Shown one piece after another: positions 1 to 13,040 of a DNA stretch of 64,000 bases. The DNA is from Sphyrna mokarran (taxonomy: Eukaryota). The stretch spans positions 92,628,001-92,692,000 of the forward strand of contig JAGIQG010000001.1 of NCBI GenBank assembly GCA_024679065.1. The letters run 5' to 3'. Under the pieces are notes generated by a model. That model had not been told where the DNA came from. It made no database searches and saw only the letters and a list, made by a program, of their open reading frames with translations. Both the position numbers and the translations under genes were made by a program. Within the stretch, counting starts at the first letter, position 1. Each line of letters begins with the position of its first letter.

Positions 1-1254
1 AGAAGGGTTGCCTATCAAGCAACCAACATTTTTTGTACCTTGTCCAGAAGAACTGTTAGAAAAGTTTCTTTGGATACTGAAATTATATTCATAACTTGGG
101 TCTACTAGAGATGATCTCAAACATTTATAATATTATTTACTGTGTCTGTAGCAAATATAACAAGGGTCAATTTCTGTGACTACTGTGTCCTTCATACATC
201 ACAAGTTCAATGGAAAGCCTGCAGAAACTCTGGCAAAATCCTAACAAAACCATCGCCAGTTACTCCACAGCTCTTTTGCTGAAGTTTTGAAGTAAGCAAG
301 AAAAGTTCTGTTGAAATTCATTTCTACTTCATCAAATAGTGAACAGGATATTACAATAAATATGACTCGTAATAAACATGTCACAGTTTCTGCACTGCTC
401 CTCTGCAAGTCTTAATTGAATCTTAATTTGCAATATCTAATGTAATTATACATATTTTGCAGCACCAACAGCAGAGATCAAACGTTCTTCATAAATCCAG
501 AGAGACAGCGATCCCTGTGATGTGTAACTTCGAGGGGTTTTGAGGTATAAAACCCTTTTAATTAAAATATCTAATTTTTAATTTATACTAATGGAGTCCT
601 TAGTTGTACTGTAACCTAACATGGTACAAACAACTACTATTTGTGAATAATGTCAAATTTATTATGTCAGATGTTAGATATAATTAACAAAAATCAGTGA
701 AAGTAGTGTGGTAATTTCTTATCCCCTGAGGGCCTCAGTTTTCTCAAGTGCTTCTGGCATAGGCAAAGATTTTCTTTTTCTGTTTCTGAAGGTATGTTGA
801 ACTGTATCTCAGAAGAATTTCACCACAAAAGAATGGTAAAAGCTATCCTAAGGAAGCCTCAAGTTTCAAGTTTTATCCCTAATTCTCAGGGTGCCTTCTG
901 TCTTATTAAGAAATAGTCCAAATTCACTCTTTTCATTGGCTGTGAGTGAAGATCATCTAACATCACCCCATCTTCATGTTCTTTACCAACTGACCTGCGG
1001 TCTGGAACAAATGTTTCTCTCTTATTTCCTTGGCCCCCAGTTTATTACCCCTGTAAACAAAAGCATGCTAACATATTCCCACAGATACTAAGATAATTAA
1101 GAGTAGATTTTATTGGTAGTTCCTGGCAGAATGTCATAAAAGGATGTGTTTTTAAACTGTAGTGTCCTATCCTATAGATATAGTTAGTTAATCCAAGCAG
1201 TTAGTAAGCAAAAACCTAATCAAAATACATGATTTTTGTTGCAAGATACTGGGA

Positions 1255-1433
1255 TTCTCTAGCCTCTCTGTAGCATTTTGCTTGGCAGTCAGAGGTCGTG
1301 TGCCATTTGCTCGTGGTGGGATCTTCTGATCTTACTGCTGTCAATGGGATTTCCCATTGATTCCATCTCACGCCACTGAGAAACATGCAGTGGGGGTGCA
1401 TCATTGGTGTGAAGAGCGGAAAAATCACAGCCA
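1255..1433. mobile_element. Degenerate palindromic MITE-like repeat (shark-type, possibly Harbinger-derived)
   Basis: ggtgggatcttctg...caatgggatttcccattg...gaaaaatcacagcc, with internal self-complementarity; similar motifs at ~8265-8440, ~29510-29590 and ~52895-52990. Confidence 0.4.
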
Positions 1434-4400
1434 AGATGCCATATTAAATTCAAGCTTCTGAGTTCAGAACTTTTGCTTATTTCTTTAAAACTGACAAAGG
1501 AGCTTTGAACTGCAGAAAGAGGAATTAAAACAAAATTAACTGCTAGAACCCTGACTTTGACACTTTTAAAATCATTCAGTTTATCAAGAACTTTTTTTCA
1601 CAAGGCACTGCTTTCTTATTCTCAAAATGCTTGAATTGTAAATTGTCGGACTAAGCAAGCAGAAATTCAACCTGGACTAATAAAAAGTGAATAAGAGAAA
1701 ATCCACAAATATTAGTTCAAACTAATATCAAAGCCCTGAAGATTTATTATTGAATTCTTGCAGTCATTACGCCTGGGAAAGACGAAGATACACAACTAAA
1801 AGGTTGTATTCTGAAAAAGTTGTCCAAAATGGCCCTAGAACATCAATAACCTTTCTAAAGTTGATTTTAATATTGAAGTATTTCCAGGGGACTTTAAAAC
1901 TTGTTTAACAAAACAAATTGCATACTGTGCATTTGATGGATTTTTAGCCACAAACCACTCTTGATAAAATCCAAAAAGGACTGATGAGTTATGTTGTTCT
2001 CTGTCACTCAAATCATTTATTTTACGTAGTTTTCCACTCTTCCATCATGCATCTTCTATTTATCGTGCCTTTCAATTAGTGAAATGATACGATAAAATGC
2101 ACTTAATTTAACTTAAATACGGTTGAAAGAGAAACATCCTGCTGCCACATCAGGCCTGGTTTGTGGACACCTTACAGCGTTCCAAGTATTCATCACGACG
2201 GCTTTGATTGATCACACATGGTACTGATAGAGGAAAAGCTATTTAAGCTCTACTTCAGGCTTCTGACTCTTTAAAATAAACACCACTATGAGCCCACTAA
2301 AGTAAAACCAAGTGTAAAATTATATAATCTTGTAATCTCAAACAATTCCTCATTTGCATTAGCACCTGCTGTTTGCAGGAATATTACTTTTTTAATCATC
2401 AATTTATCTGCTCTTTAATTTGACAGTTAATAAAAAACGAGCAGCATGCTGCAGCACAGTAGAATCTGAATGATGCCCCAGGGCTACAAGCTCCATCTAG
2501 CTTAGACTTTTCATCCTTTGCTATCAGTAAGCAGTGGCAGCTCCAGCAGCACACCTCCCAATTTTTTCATTCACCTGCTCAGTAATGTATACACCATAGA
2601 AGCCAATTGCAAAACAGTTACACCTTAGTGGAATGATGGGTGATAAAAGATTCACTGTATGAAATTACCTGAACAGATGGCTGATCAGCTCTTTAAACAA
2701 TAAATGCTAGTGGCCCTAAGCCAGTAAATGCTTCTTACATGATGAAACAAAATGGGACCCCATACTCTCAGTGCAGATAGAGTAATGTTACAATCAATAA
2801 AATTAAATTCTTTTTTGGTGGTGTGTACCAGATAACTGTGCAGTTGTGTCTGAGGACAATTCATCCTTGTTGAACTCTATGACACAAAGGAGGGGAGAAG
2901 AAAAATGGAAGCTTGCATTGATGTCTCTGGAACAGAAAGACTGAGTCAGTGGTGAGGCGGGCGAATGTAGAGTTGCGTCAGGGACATGAAGAAATGAAAA
3001 AAAGATCCAAGGGAATGCAGAAGTTGTGGTGGGGGGCATTGGTATGAAGGGATAAAATGGAAAGGGTCTATCATCCTGGATTGATGGATGGAGTGGTGGG
3101 AACAGTCAATCACCATAAGAAAATAAGGGGTCTAAAGGGCATTGTCAGTCCTGCCTAAGTGTGGATCGATTTCAGCATCTTGACTGGCAAGAGTCCTTAC
3201 AGGGTTTTGAGTTTACTCACAACTTCTCAATTATACCCAATGAGAGTGATCTTGGACAATGTCTTTTATAATGTAAAGAGAGAGAGAGCCTGCAAGTTCA
3301 ATCATATCCCACAGGGTGCTTTATTGGACACTAACATGAACATTAAATAAAAGATGATCAAAGACACAGAGGTTTCTTCCACATGAAAAAGATGTCCCTA
3401 ACTCCCTTATAATTATCAACTTATGCCAACCATGATGTGCACCCATATAGTTAGCTTTCAGACTAAGCTAGTTTCAACAAATGACAATGAAGCACACATG
3501 AATAAAATGAAATCAATGCAATTTGAATTATTTACATATGAGATTTAAATTTGAAAAACACTTTGTCCTCTCAATATTTATTATGCTGATGGTAGGTTCC
3601 AAAGTTCTCCCCATTGTTAACTCTGTGGAACCTGGGCAGTAAGTAAGAAAGGGTTGATCAAAACAGTGTGGAGGATGGTGTGATTCCTAATATCCTGGGC
3701 TGTTTTGGTTACATGAGGACACTAGAAATACTCAGCAGATGGGGCTCTGACAAGTAAGTCCTCAATGACAGAATGGACATAGGAAATTTTGCATCTGGAA
3801 TATCTCAATGGTTGTTCTGGCAGACAAAAGTCGCCACAGAATTAAACTTCAAATTCTCTTAGTTTCCTTGCCATTGGATCAAGACACATGTGAAAGTTGG
3901 TGTGTAACAGCTTCTCCATGCTAAAAGACCACTTCTCTGAAGCCCTTGGTGATCAGCAAATGGTAACAGGAACAGGATTGTATTGTCTGGATATTTCTAG
4001 CCATGATCTGACAGAGTTGGCAGTTAAATGGTCATTGAGCACTTGGAAGAGACAGGGGTATCTAGCACCTGTAATTCTTACGGTTCACTCTGCTCACCTT
4101 TATTGGGAACAGATTATAAAAGGTACCTCTAACATAATCTCCCTCATCTGTCCTGATTGGGATAGTCACATCTAGAGGGATCATTTTCCTTTGTGACAAA
4201 GAATACAGACAGTAGTGTTTGGGACCTGGAATCTCTGGACTGTCAAGTGGATACCCAGTGTGTTGCTCTGTGGTCGTTGCCTGGGAATTCCAGCAATATG
4301 ACATATAATATCAACATCATCACTTTGAGTAAGACTCAGTGAGCTGAGACCCAAAGGAACTCTTGAGACAAGGAGTCAGTTCACCAACATAATCAGCACA

Positions 4401-4897
4401 TATGCCCAACTCTGGATGACAAAACCAAGGAAGATTTCTATGCCAAATTTGACTAAATTCTCCATGAGGTCCCAAAGTATTTCAAGCTTTTCATTCTCTG
4501 AGATGTTAACACCAGAATTTGCAGAGATTCAAATCTCTAGAATGAAGCCAACGGCAAGAAAGGAATTGGAATGTGAACTCTATAGGTAATCTTCTCCTTA
4601 CCAAATGCATACAACATTGGGTTATCATCACAAATATCCTGTTTCATTAGGGGAACAAGTATAAAATGTCAACAGAACACCAAAATCTAGGACCTGATTG
4701 ATTATATCCCTCCCCGGAATCACAAAGATATGTCTGGACTCACAAAGGTATCCATACCACAAGAGCAAAAACAGAAGCTAATGATTTCTGAATCGATCAC
4801 AGACATAAGTCAATCAAGCTAGCTCCCAAATGGCAAGTGCAAGAAAAGTAATGCATACGTAAGACTGAAGTTGAATTTTTGAAGGATCTAATCAAAG

Positions 4898-4950
4898 AGT
4901 ACATCAAGAAAAAACTTTCAAACAGTACATCAAGAAAAAACTTTCAAACA
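4898..4950 (+). repeat. ~26-bp tandem duplication
   Basis: agtacatcaagaaaaaactttcaaac occurs twice in tandem. Confidence 0.85.
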
Positions 4951-5113
4951 TCAAGCAAGAACAGAAATGTCCCTGTTGTTGGTGTTGAACATAATGCCAA
5001 TATCATTAATGCCAGTAGAGAGACACTTGGATTTTCTGTCAGGAAATATCAGGATTGGTTTGATAAAAATGAACAGGATGTCAATGAACTAATTGATCAC
5101 AAGTACAGGACTT

Positions 5114-5386
5114 TCAAGGGCCATGAAATCCAAAAATTCCCAAAAATAGGGCTATACATGTGTCATTGAACTTTGCCTATAGCATCCCACTGCAGGCAAT
5201 GCAACCTACTAACTGAAATAAGTATAGCTTGTATCCAGAAATAGATAGGATGTTGAATGTTTGCACATTTAGGCAGATGGCATAGCATTTATGAAGGATT
5301 AATAAGAGTTTAAGCTTATTACCAGCCCCCACCTCATAAAGGGAGGAGCATTCTGGCTGGATCAAGAGCTGGAAGTCATTCTAAAA
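5114..5386. repeat. Unclassified ~270-bp repeat, copy 1 (inserted in RTE)
   Basis: Colinear with 5954-6234; both share tgtgtcattgaact, gcatcccactgcagg, aagtatagcttgtatccagaaatag and aaagggaggagcattctgg. Confidence 0.8.
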
Positions 5387-5953
5387 TTACAGAAGAGGCT
5401 CAAAGATATACCCATGACATGAAGAACATGCAATGGGCAGACAAGGCAAAGGAAACTCAATGTCTATCTGACATGAATGATATCTATAGCTTCTTCATTA
5501 TCACAAGCACCATTTATGGCCCAAGTATCCAAGAACCACCTCCTCTGAGACATAAGGACTGGGGAGATCTGATTAATGCATGGTGGAGGGAGCATCTTGA
5601 AAAGCCTTTTGAATCACGAATTAATTGTTAATGAGTGTGGTTTCAATTCCATCCCAGAGCACCCAGTTCGAGACTAGCTCGGAACTCTGCCAGCACCAAC
5701 AGAGGCAATGAAGCCATCACATAAATGAAAAACAAAGCAACTATTAACAGTTACTCTGGACCAATGTTTTGTTACTTTACTACTACCATTCCCACTTTCT
5801 CTGCTTTTCATTCATCGAAAGTTTTGTAAAGAGACACCAATCTGAATGCCTATGTGAGTTGCCTCAATTCCACAAAAATAATCACAAAAGTGGAATCCCA
5901 CAAGTGAGCTCAACACCTAAGTCTGCTAATGAAGGTGACCTGAATGTCAAAAC

Positions 5954-6234
5954 TCAAGGGCCACAAAATCCAAAAAATTCCTGGATTCCTGGCTACAGAC
6001 AACAAATGTGTCATTGAACTGTGCTTCTTGCATCCCACTGCAGGTAATGCCATCCACTAACTGAAGTAAGTATAGCTTGTATCCAGAAATAGGTATGCTG
6101 TTGAATAATTGCACATTTGGGCTGACATCACAGTATTTGTGAGGGATTAATAAGAGGTTAAGCTTAAAATCAGCCACCACCTCTTAAAGGGAGGAGCATT
6201 CTGGTTGGATCAGGTACTGGAAGTCCTTCTAAAA
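5954..6234. repeat. Unclassified ~280-bp repeat, copy 2
   Basis: Direct-orientation copy of 5114-5386. Confidence 0.8.
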
Positions 6235-7894
6235 ATAATTTTGAAGTGGGAATGACAGAAGAATGGCACAAAATGAAACAGCAAGTTCAAAGATTTAATG
6301 ACATTGCAATACAAGCCTTGGTGAAGGAGTTGGAGAGATGCCAATTATTCAGAGGAATCAGGACAACTTCCAAATAAACTTTACATAGAAAAAGGCATCA
6401 GCTAGCCATGACAGTCAATACCAGGTGTCTAACCCTGAGGATCTGGATACTGTGCGACAAGAAGTTTAAATGCATCATCAATGCCAGTGAATGGATCTCC
6501 AAATACCATATCGCACCAAGTGGCCCACTCTCTCACGCTACCTAATGTACCATAGCTCATTTGCCCACATATCAACAATCTGTGCTAACACTCAAGGGGG
6601 TTATGAAAGCACATTGCATTTTTTGAACTACATATTTTCTTAGTTAACTCACAAGTACCTCCCCTGACAAGTGTTCTCAGTCATGCTCAAGATGAGGCCT
6701 GCGGGCTATACCATCCCAACTTTCAATCTTATCTAACTCACAGAACTCTGAACTTTTCCCAATTCTCACTAGCAGCAACAGATGATTTTGTACTAGGATC
6801 CTGGGAATTCCTGAAACAATGGATTCACATGTGCTTTCTGTCTTCCTCCATCAGGTGGGACCTGCTGTATAAATTATAGCAATTAATGTCCTAATTGAAG
6901 GAAAATGTTCATACAACAAACTAGAGATGAATGTCAGTCATTGCGTTCTGATGTGAACAATCTTATTGTAATATTCTGTTCATAACATATCTTGTCTTTC
7001 ACCTGTTGGGTCACAAATTCTTTTTTTAACATGAGCTTGCCCTATTCTGAGAAAACGATACCACCATGTTCACTTGTGCTTTGCACATTTTTCTCAATTA
7101 AAATCAACATCTATTAAATAATTCAATGCAACAGATATTCTACAAGAAATTAGGCAGTCCCGAATTCATGGCTTGCATAATCTTTCTGAATTTCACACAG
7201 CAGTTCTTTTAAATTATTATTTATTGAGTTAAGACAACACTGTCTTTCTTAAGTTCAAATCTAGGCTTTTGATGCTAATTTTAAAATCAAATCTGCCATT
7301 TTTGGAACAGTGATATCATGTCGCAGGCTTGTAATTGCTTAATGTAGTATACTTACTTAATGTTTCTTTGGTTACCAATAATGCACAAAACTAATATCAC
7401 TGATGTTTCTCAACAATGTAACATTTATCATATGATCCTATTCATATCCTTTTGTTGTGATTACATCATGTGCTGTAATTTACCAGTGTACATAAATGAT
7501 GCAAATAAGCCCGCAAAGCACAGTAAATGCAAAGGGAGACAAACTTTTTAAAAAATATTTAGCACAGTGAAAGAAAAAGATGTTGCTGTTTTACATAATT
7601 TGGTGACAAAAGTCTAATTTAAAATGACATTGACATTAGGTTTGGAAATAAGCAGATTTGTGGGAATAAATTACATTTTAATCAGCTGCAGTCCAGATAG
7701 AAACTTACTCCTTTTTCTTATATTTCATTGCATATCATGAGTAACTTTGTACCTTGTTTTTGTGGAACAGCTTTGTTATCCAGGATTGCAAGCTCCCATT
7801 TTATGTCATGAATAAATACATGTGACTTGATTTACATGCATGCATTTATTTTGTCATCGTACGCAATTATGTTTAGGTATTAGGGTAAAATTAG

Positions 7895-9440
7895 ACTCAT
7901 AAGAACACAGGAACAAGAATAAACCATTCATTCCCCTGAACTTCATTCAATGGTTGATCTGAATCCAGGTCTTCATCCAGCTGCCTTATTCCATTTCCTC
8001 AAAAACATCTGTAGATCCTACATGATAAATTATTAATTAAATTGGAACCTACAGCCAATTTTGCAGGACCACTCTCAACACTTCAACCAGCCATTGCATT
8101 GTTAAATATGTTCTAACTTCTATCAGGAATGACCTGGCTCTGACTTTACCTTATCTCCTCTTTTTGTTGATTTTCCCCAAGAGTAGAATAGTTTTCTCTC
8201 AATTACTTAACAATTATTTATACATTCTACAGACTTAAACCAAACCACACCTTCACAATTTTGGAGGGATTTTCTGCCCCTTCCCATCAGTGGGATCTCC
8301 TGGTCCTGCCAAAGATAATCCCCAGTGGTGGATTTCCCAGTGGTGAGCCACGCAAAACACCGTAAACATCAGTAAGACCAGAAAATCCCAGCAGCAGCCA
8401 AGGGTGAAAAGCGCACCAGAGTGGAGGAAACCCTATCCCTAGTTTATATGATTTTGCTTTCACAATCTATCCCTTGCAACATTGGTAATATTTTGGCACA
8501 TTTGTGCTATAGCCCTTCCAAGGTCATAGGGTGGTATCCAAAAATATGTACAGTACTCCAGATGTGAGTGATTTAATCAGGGATTAAATTAACTGTCACA
8601 AATTATTATTCCCTTTTTATTCAAGTCCTCTACAAAGGTTAACATTCAATTATCCTTCATGATTATTTCATGTACGTAACTACTACATTTTTTGATCTGT
8701 GTGTCGTGAACCTTAAATCTCTTTGTCCATCCAATGTTCCCATCTTTCTTTTAACCCATTAAATAATACATGGATCCAAAATAAATGATCTCATTCTTAT
8801 CTGCATTGATAACCACTTGTTCCTGCTCTGTCAGTCAATAAGATCATGGCTGAACCTTTAGATTAATTTCACCTTCTGCCTAATTGTTATATCCCTCGAT
8901 TCCCATTAGTGTTCAAAAATCTATCAATCCCAGTCTTGAATATGAATTTTGAAAAGAGTAATAAAAATGTGGAAATTGCTACCACAGGGAATGGCCAAAG
9001 GGAATAGTATAGATGCATTTAAGAAGCTAGGTATGTGAGGGAGAAGGAAATGGAGGGTTGCAGGGATAGACTTAAATGAGGAAAGATGACGGAAGCATGA
9101 TTGGAAGATAAACGCCGAAAAGGACTGGTTGGGCCGAAACACCTGTTTCTGTTCTGTGCATCTTATGCAATCCTATGAATATATTTATCAACCAAACATC
9201 CACATCCCTCTGGTATAAGAATTTACAAAGATTCACAATCCTCTTAGTGAAAAAAATTTCTCATCCTCTCAGAATTAAACGGCTAATCACGTATGCTAAG
9301 ATTATGACTTCTAGTTTTAAACTCTACAGTTAGGAGAAAAAGCCTCTCAATATCTACTGACAAGCCCTTGCATATGTTTCAAAGAGATCAGCTCTTATTC
9401 ATTTAAAGTCCAGAGAAGACAGACCCATTCTATTGAGTTT
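7895..9440 (-). mobile_element. Cluster of old CR1-type LINE 3' fragments (minus strand), with a nested MITE (~8265-8440) and a plus-strand CR1 tail (~8955-9178)
   Basis: Reverse CR1 tail cataagaacacaggaacaagaataaaccattc; acagtactccagatgtg; plus-strand gtggaaattgctaccacag...gggccgaaacacctgtttctgttctg. Confidence 0.55.
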
Positions 9441-9660
9441 CTTATGAGTTTAAACTAATTTGGCAAGGGTGTCGGAACCAAAAGTTAATACCAGAGAAGA
9501 ATACCAAGGTACAGATAATTCTTGGTATTAAATGAAGGAATATTAATTTAATAAGTGATGCCAGAGTAAGAGGGAAAATAATAAGGTCTAAATCAGGGAA
9601 ACTGTGCATGTATGTGGTAAATGAAATTGGTGACTTACAGGCGCACATGGAAATGCCATG

Positions 9661-10340
9661 TTTGATTTGATTTATTATCACATGTATTAACATACAGTGA
9701 AAAGTACTGGTTTCTTGCATACTATATAGACAAAACATACCACTCACAGAGAAGCAAATGGGAAAGTGCAGAATGTACTGGTACAGTCATAGCTAGAGTG
9801 AAGAGAAAGATCAATTTAATGCAAGATAAGTCTATTCAAAGGTCTGACAGCAGCAGGGAGGAACTTCTTCTTGAGTCAATTGGTATGTGATCTCAGATTT
9901 TTGCACTTTTTTCCCCAATGGAAGAAGGTGGAAGAGAGAATTTCTGGGGTGCGTGGGGTCCTTAATTATGCTGGCTGCTTTGCAGCGGGAAAGGTAGACA
10001 GATTCAATGGGTTGGGCTATATTCACGAACTTTTGGAGTTCCTATGGTCTTCAGCAGAGCAGGAGCTATACCAAGCCACAATACAACCAGAAAACATGTT
10101 TTCTATGGTGCATCTGTAAAAGTTGGTGAGAGTCAGAGCTGACACGCAAATTTCTTTTGGCTTCTGAAAAAGTAGAGGCATTGATGGGCTTTCTTAACTA
10201 TAGTGTGGGGACCAGGACAATTGTTGGTAATCTGGCCACCTAAAAACTTGAAGCTCTGACTCTTTCTACTTCATCCGTGTTGATACAAACAGGGGAATGT
10301 TCTCTTTACAATTCCTGAAGTCAATAACAATTCCCTTCAT
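9661..10340 (-). mobile_element. Rex1/Babar-type LINE 3' fragment
   Basis: KAASIIKDPTHPRNSLFHLLPLG C-terminal motif; 3' end ...cttttcactgtatgttaatacatgtgataataaatcaaatcaaa; splits the CR1 APE reading frame. Confidence 0.8.
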
Positions 10341-10504
10341 TTAGTTGTGGCGATAACAGAAAACTGACTCAATTAAACAACAGGACTGGGTATTAATTAT
10401 TCTTGGATCCAAGGTATTGGGAAACAATAGGAAAGGAAGAAAAGAGAGGAGATGTGACAGTTTCAATTAAGGAGAGCAGGGAAATGCTGGAGGGAAACAA
10501 TGTC

Positions 10505-10690
10505 TATGACTGTCTGTGCTGATGTGTGCTATTGCAGACCAGAACACTGCATTTGCCTGACGAAGACACGGCAGAGTGTTGAAAGCTCGCAATTTTACTA
10601 TCAAATAAATCGGTTGGATTTAAAATTGGTGTTGCTAAATTCTTACTGAGTTCTTACTACCCCAGACCAACACCAGCATCTTTACATCAT
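10505..10690 (+). mobile_element. Penelope-like element pLTR/3' end with 13-bp TSD
   Basis: aaataaatcggttggatttaaaattggtgttg...ccccag..caacaccagcatctttacatcat; flanked by gggaaacaatgtc (10492-10504) and gggagacaatgtc (10691-10703). Confidence 0.8.
10551..10594 (+). ncRNA. Minimal type-I hammerhead ribozyme motif (PLE-associated)
   Basis: ttgc-CTGACGA-a-gacac(ggcaga)gtgtt-GAAA-gcTC-gcaa: intact CUGANGA and GAAA cores, stem II, palindromic AGCT stem III, stem I ttgc/gcaa. Confidence 0.7.
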
Positions 10691-11111
10691 GGGAGACAAT
10701 GTCCCAGAGTAATCAAGGACAGAATCTACTTGGTTAGTGTCAAGGAACAATAATGGTGCAATTGCATTGCTCAGTATATTGTGTAGGCCACTAACTAATG
10801 AGAAGGATGCAGAAGAACAAATTGCAAGAGAGCGGTGTAAAATTTATAGGGTAGTTCTAATGGGGAATTTTTAATTATCCAAACAAAAGCTGTGATAGTT
10901 GCATTGAAAGCCAGGAGTTCCTAGAATACATTCAGGAAAATTTTCAACTGCAATTTGCATCCAGTCCAATGAGAAAGGGGTTACAGTTGGACCTGCTTCT
11001 TGAGAATGAGGTGGGCCAAGGAAATCAAGTGTCAGTCAAGAACATTTGGGGGACAGTGATCATTACACCATAAAATTTCAGTTGACTACAAAAAAGGCTA
11101 CAGTGCAATGT

Positions 11112-11447
11112 TGAGAGGTATTGATTGAGTGGATAGCCAGAGGCTTTTTCCCAGGGCTGAAATGCTTGCCACAAGAGGACACAGGTTTAAGATGCTGGGG
11201 AGTAGGTACAAAAGAGATGTCAGAGGTAAGTTTTTCACTCAGAGAATGGTGAATGCGTGGAATGGGATACTGGCAACAGTGGTGGAGGCAGATTCGATAA
11301 GAGTCTTTTAAGAGACTTTTAGATAAGTACATGGAACTTAGTAAGATAGAGGGTTATAGGTAAGCCTAGTAATTTCTAAGATAGGGACATGTTCAGCACG
11401 ACTTTGTGGGCTGAAGAGCCTGTATTGTGCTGTAGTTTTTCTATATA
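11112..11447 (+). mobile_element. HER1/CR1 LINE 3' fragment (younger), nested in CR1
   Basis: DSQRLFPRAEMLATRGHRFK..FFTQRMVNAWNG motif; tail gggctgaagagcctgtattgtgctgtag. Confidence 0.85.
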
Positions 11448-12649
11448 CCTAATTCATAAAATGATGATAAAAGGAGGACTGAAGCTGAATAAAGACAAAA
11501 AAGGGGAGTTAAGCAAAGAGGCAGAAGATATAACTGATGTAATAAATGGATAGTCTGTATTTGTCTTTACCAAGGAAGATGATGCTATTCATGCCATGTG
11601 AAAGAGGATGTAATTAAGATGTTATGTAATTAAGACTCGAGAGGGATTTAAAATTGATGAGCAAATGGTACCAAATCAACTGTCTGTATTTAAAGTGAAC
11701 AGGATACCAGGACCAGATGAGGTGTATCCAAGGATATTGAGAAAAGTGAGGGTGGAAATTGCAGAGCCATTAAATCATGATTTTTCAGTCTTCTTTAGAT
11801 TCGGGGTGGTGCCAGAGAACTGGAGAATTGCAAATCTGATGCCCTTGTTCAAAAAAAGGATGTGAAGTTAAACCCAGCAACTATAGGCCAATCAGTTTAA
11901 CTTCAATGGTGGTACAACTTTTCAAAACAATAACTTGGGACAAAATTAATGATCACATGGACAAATGCAGGTTAGTTAAAGAAAGCCAGCAAGGATTCTA
12001 AAGGGAAAATTATGTTTAATTTTCTGGAGTTATTTGAAGAGATAACAGAGAAGATTGTTGAGACAATACTGGATGTGATGTACATCGACTTCCAAAAGAT
12101 ATTTGATAGAATGTCATCCAATCGACTTGTAGGCAAAGTTGTAGCTCACAGGATAAAAGGGACCTTAGCAACATGTATACAAAATTGGCTAATTGACAGG
12201 AAATAGAATAGTGCTTAATTGATGCTTTTTGAGCCAGAAGAAGGTTTGTTGTGGACTTCACAAAGAGTTAGAGTTGGGACCCTTGCTGTATCCCTTTGTG
12301 AAAAAGGCTGTAAGGAGATTTGATAGCAGTATTCAAAATCATGAGGGGTCTGGGCAGATTAGATAGGGAGAAAGTTCCCACTCGTGAAAGAATTGAGAAC
12401 AAAAAGGCATAAATTTAAAGTAATTCATAGAAGAAGCAAACATGAGGAAAAACATTTACATTTACACACAGCAAGTTACAGCTTGGGATTGTGCTATAAG
12501 CTGATTAAATTGAAGCATCAAAAGAGAATTAGATGGTACAGAAAAAAGGAAGAATGTGTAAGGTTAGCGGGAGAAGGTAGAGAAGGCACTCAGTAAACTG
12601 CATGATGGGCTGAGTGGCCTCCTTCTGTGATGCAACGTTTCTATGATAA

Positions 12650-13040
12650 TTAATCTTATAGGACAATCCACTCATCTCAGGAATCAATTACGTTTATCTT
12701 CACGAAGGGTACAAGAACCCAAACTGTGCACAGTACACTAGGTGTGACCTCTGTGATGTCAGGTATAATTGCAAGACGTCCTTACTCTAATCTTCTCGCT
12801 ACAAAAACAAACATCATTTGTTTTTGTAATTACTCACTGTATTTGCTTGTAAACTTTGTGATTTATGTACGAAAGCCAAATTCCTCTGAATATCAACATT
12901 TACCAATACGTCACTTTTTCAAACTATTTTGCTTTATTACTCTTCCTACTAAAGTGGACCATTTTGCACTTACCATATCATACTTGATCTGCCACCATCT
13001 TGTTCAATCACTTAATCAGTTTATTTCCTTAGCTGCCTTT
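12650..13040 (-). mobile_element. Old CR1-type fragment
   Basis: caaactgtgcacagtacactaggtgtg and ctgccaccatcttgttcaatcactt are typical reverse CR1 RT segments. Confidence 0.5.

Larger units (their letters stand above)
4200..5745 (+). mobile_element. Decayed RTE-clade LINE (APE endonuclease to RT linker), interrupted at 5114-5386
   Basis: Frameshifted translation gives RTE-like motifs: EDFYAKFD..LHEVPK, ITNILFH, IINASRETLGFSVRKYQDWFDKNEQDVNELID, WADKAKETQ..D, IYGP, WREHL. Confidence 0.75.
9560..12640 (+). mobile_element. Decayed CR1-clade LINE ORF2 (APE + RT) with nested insertions
   Basis: VVAITE.WL APE motif resumes at ~10343; PGPDEVYPRILRKVRVEIAEPL, GVVPENWRIANLMPLFKK, FLELFEEITEKI..LDVMYIDFQKIFD; CR1 tail near 12600-12645. 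Confidence 0.85.
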
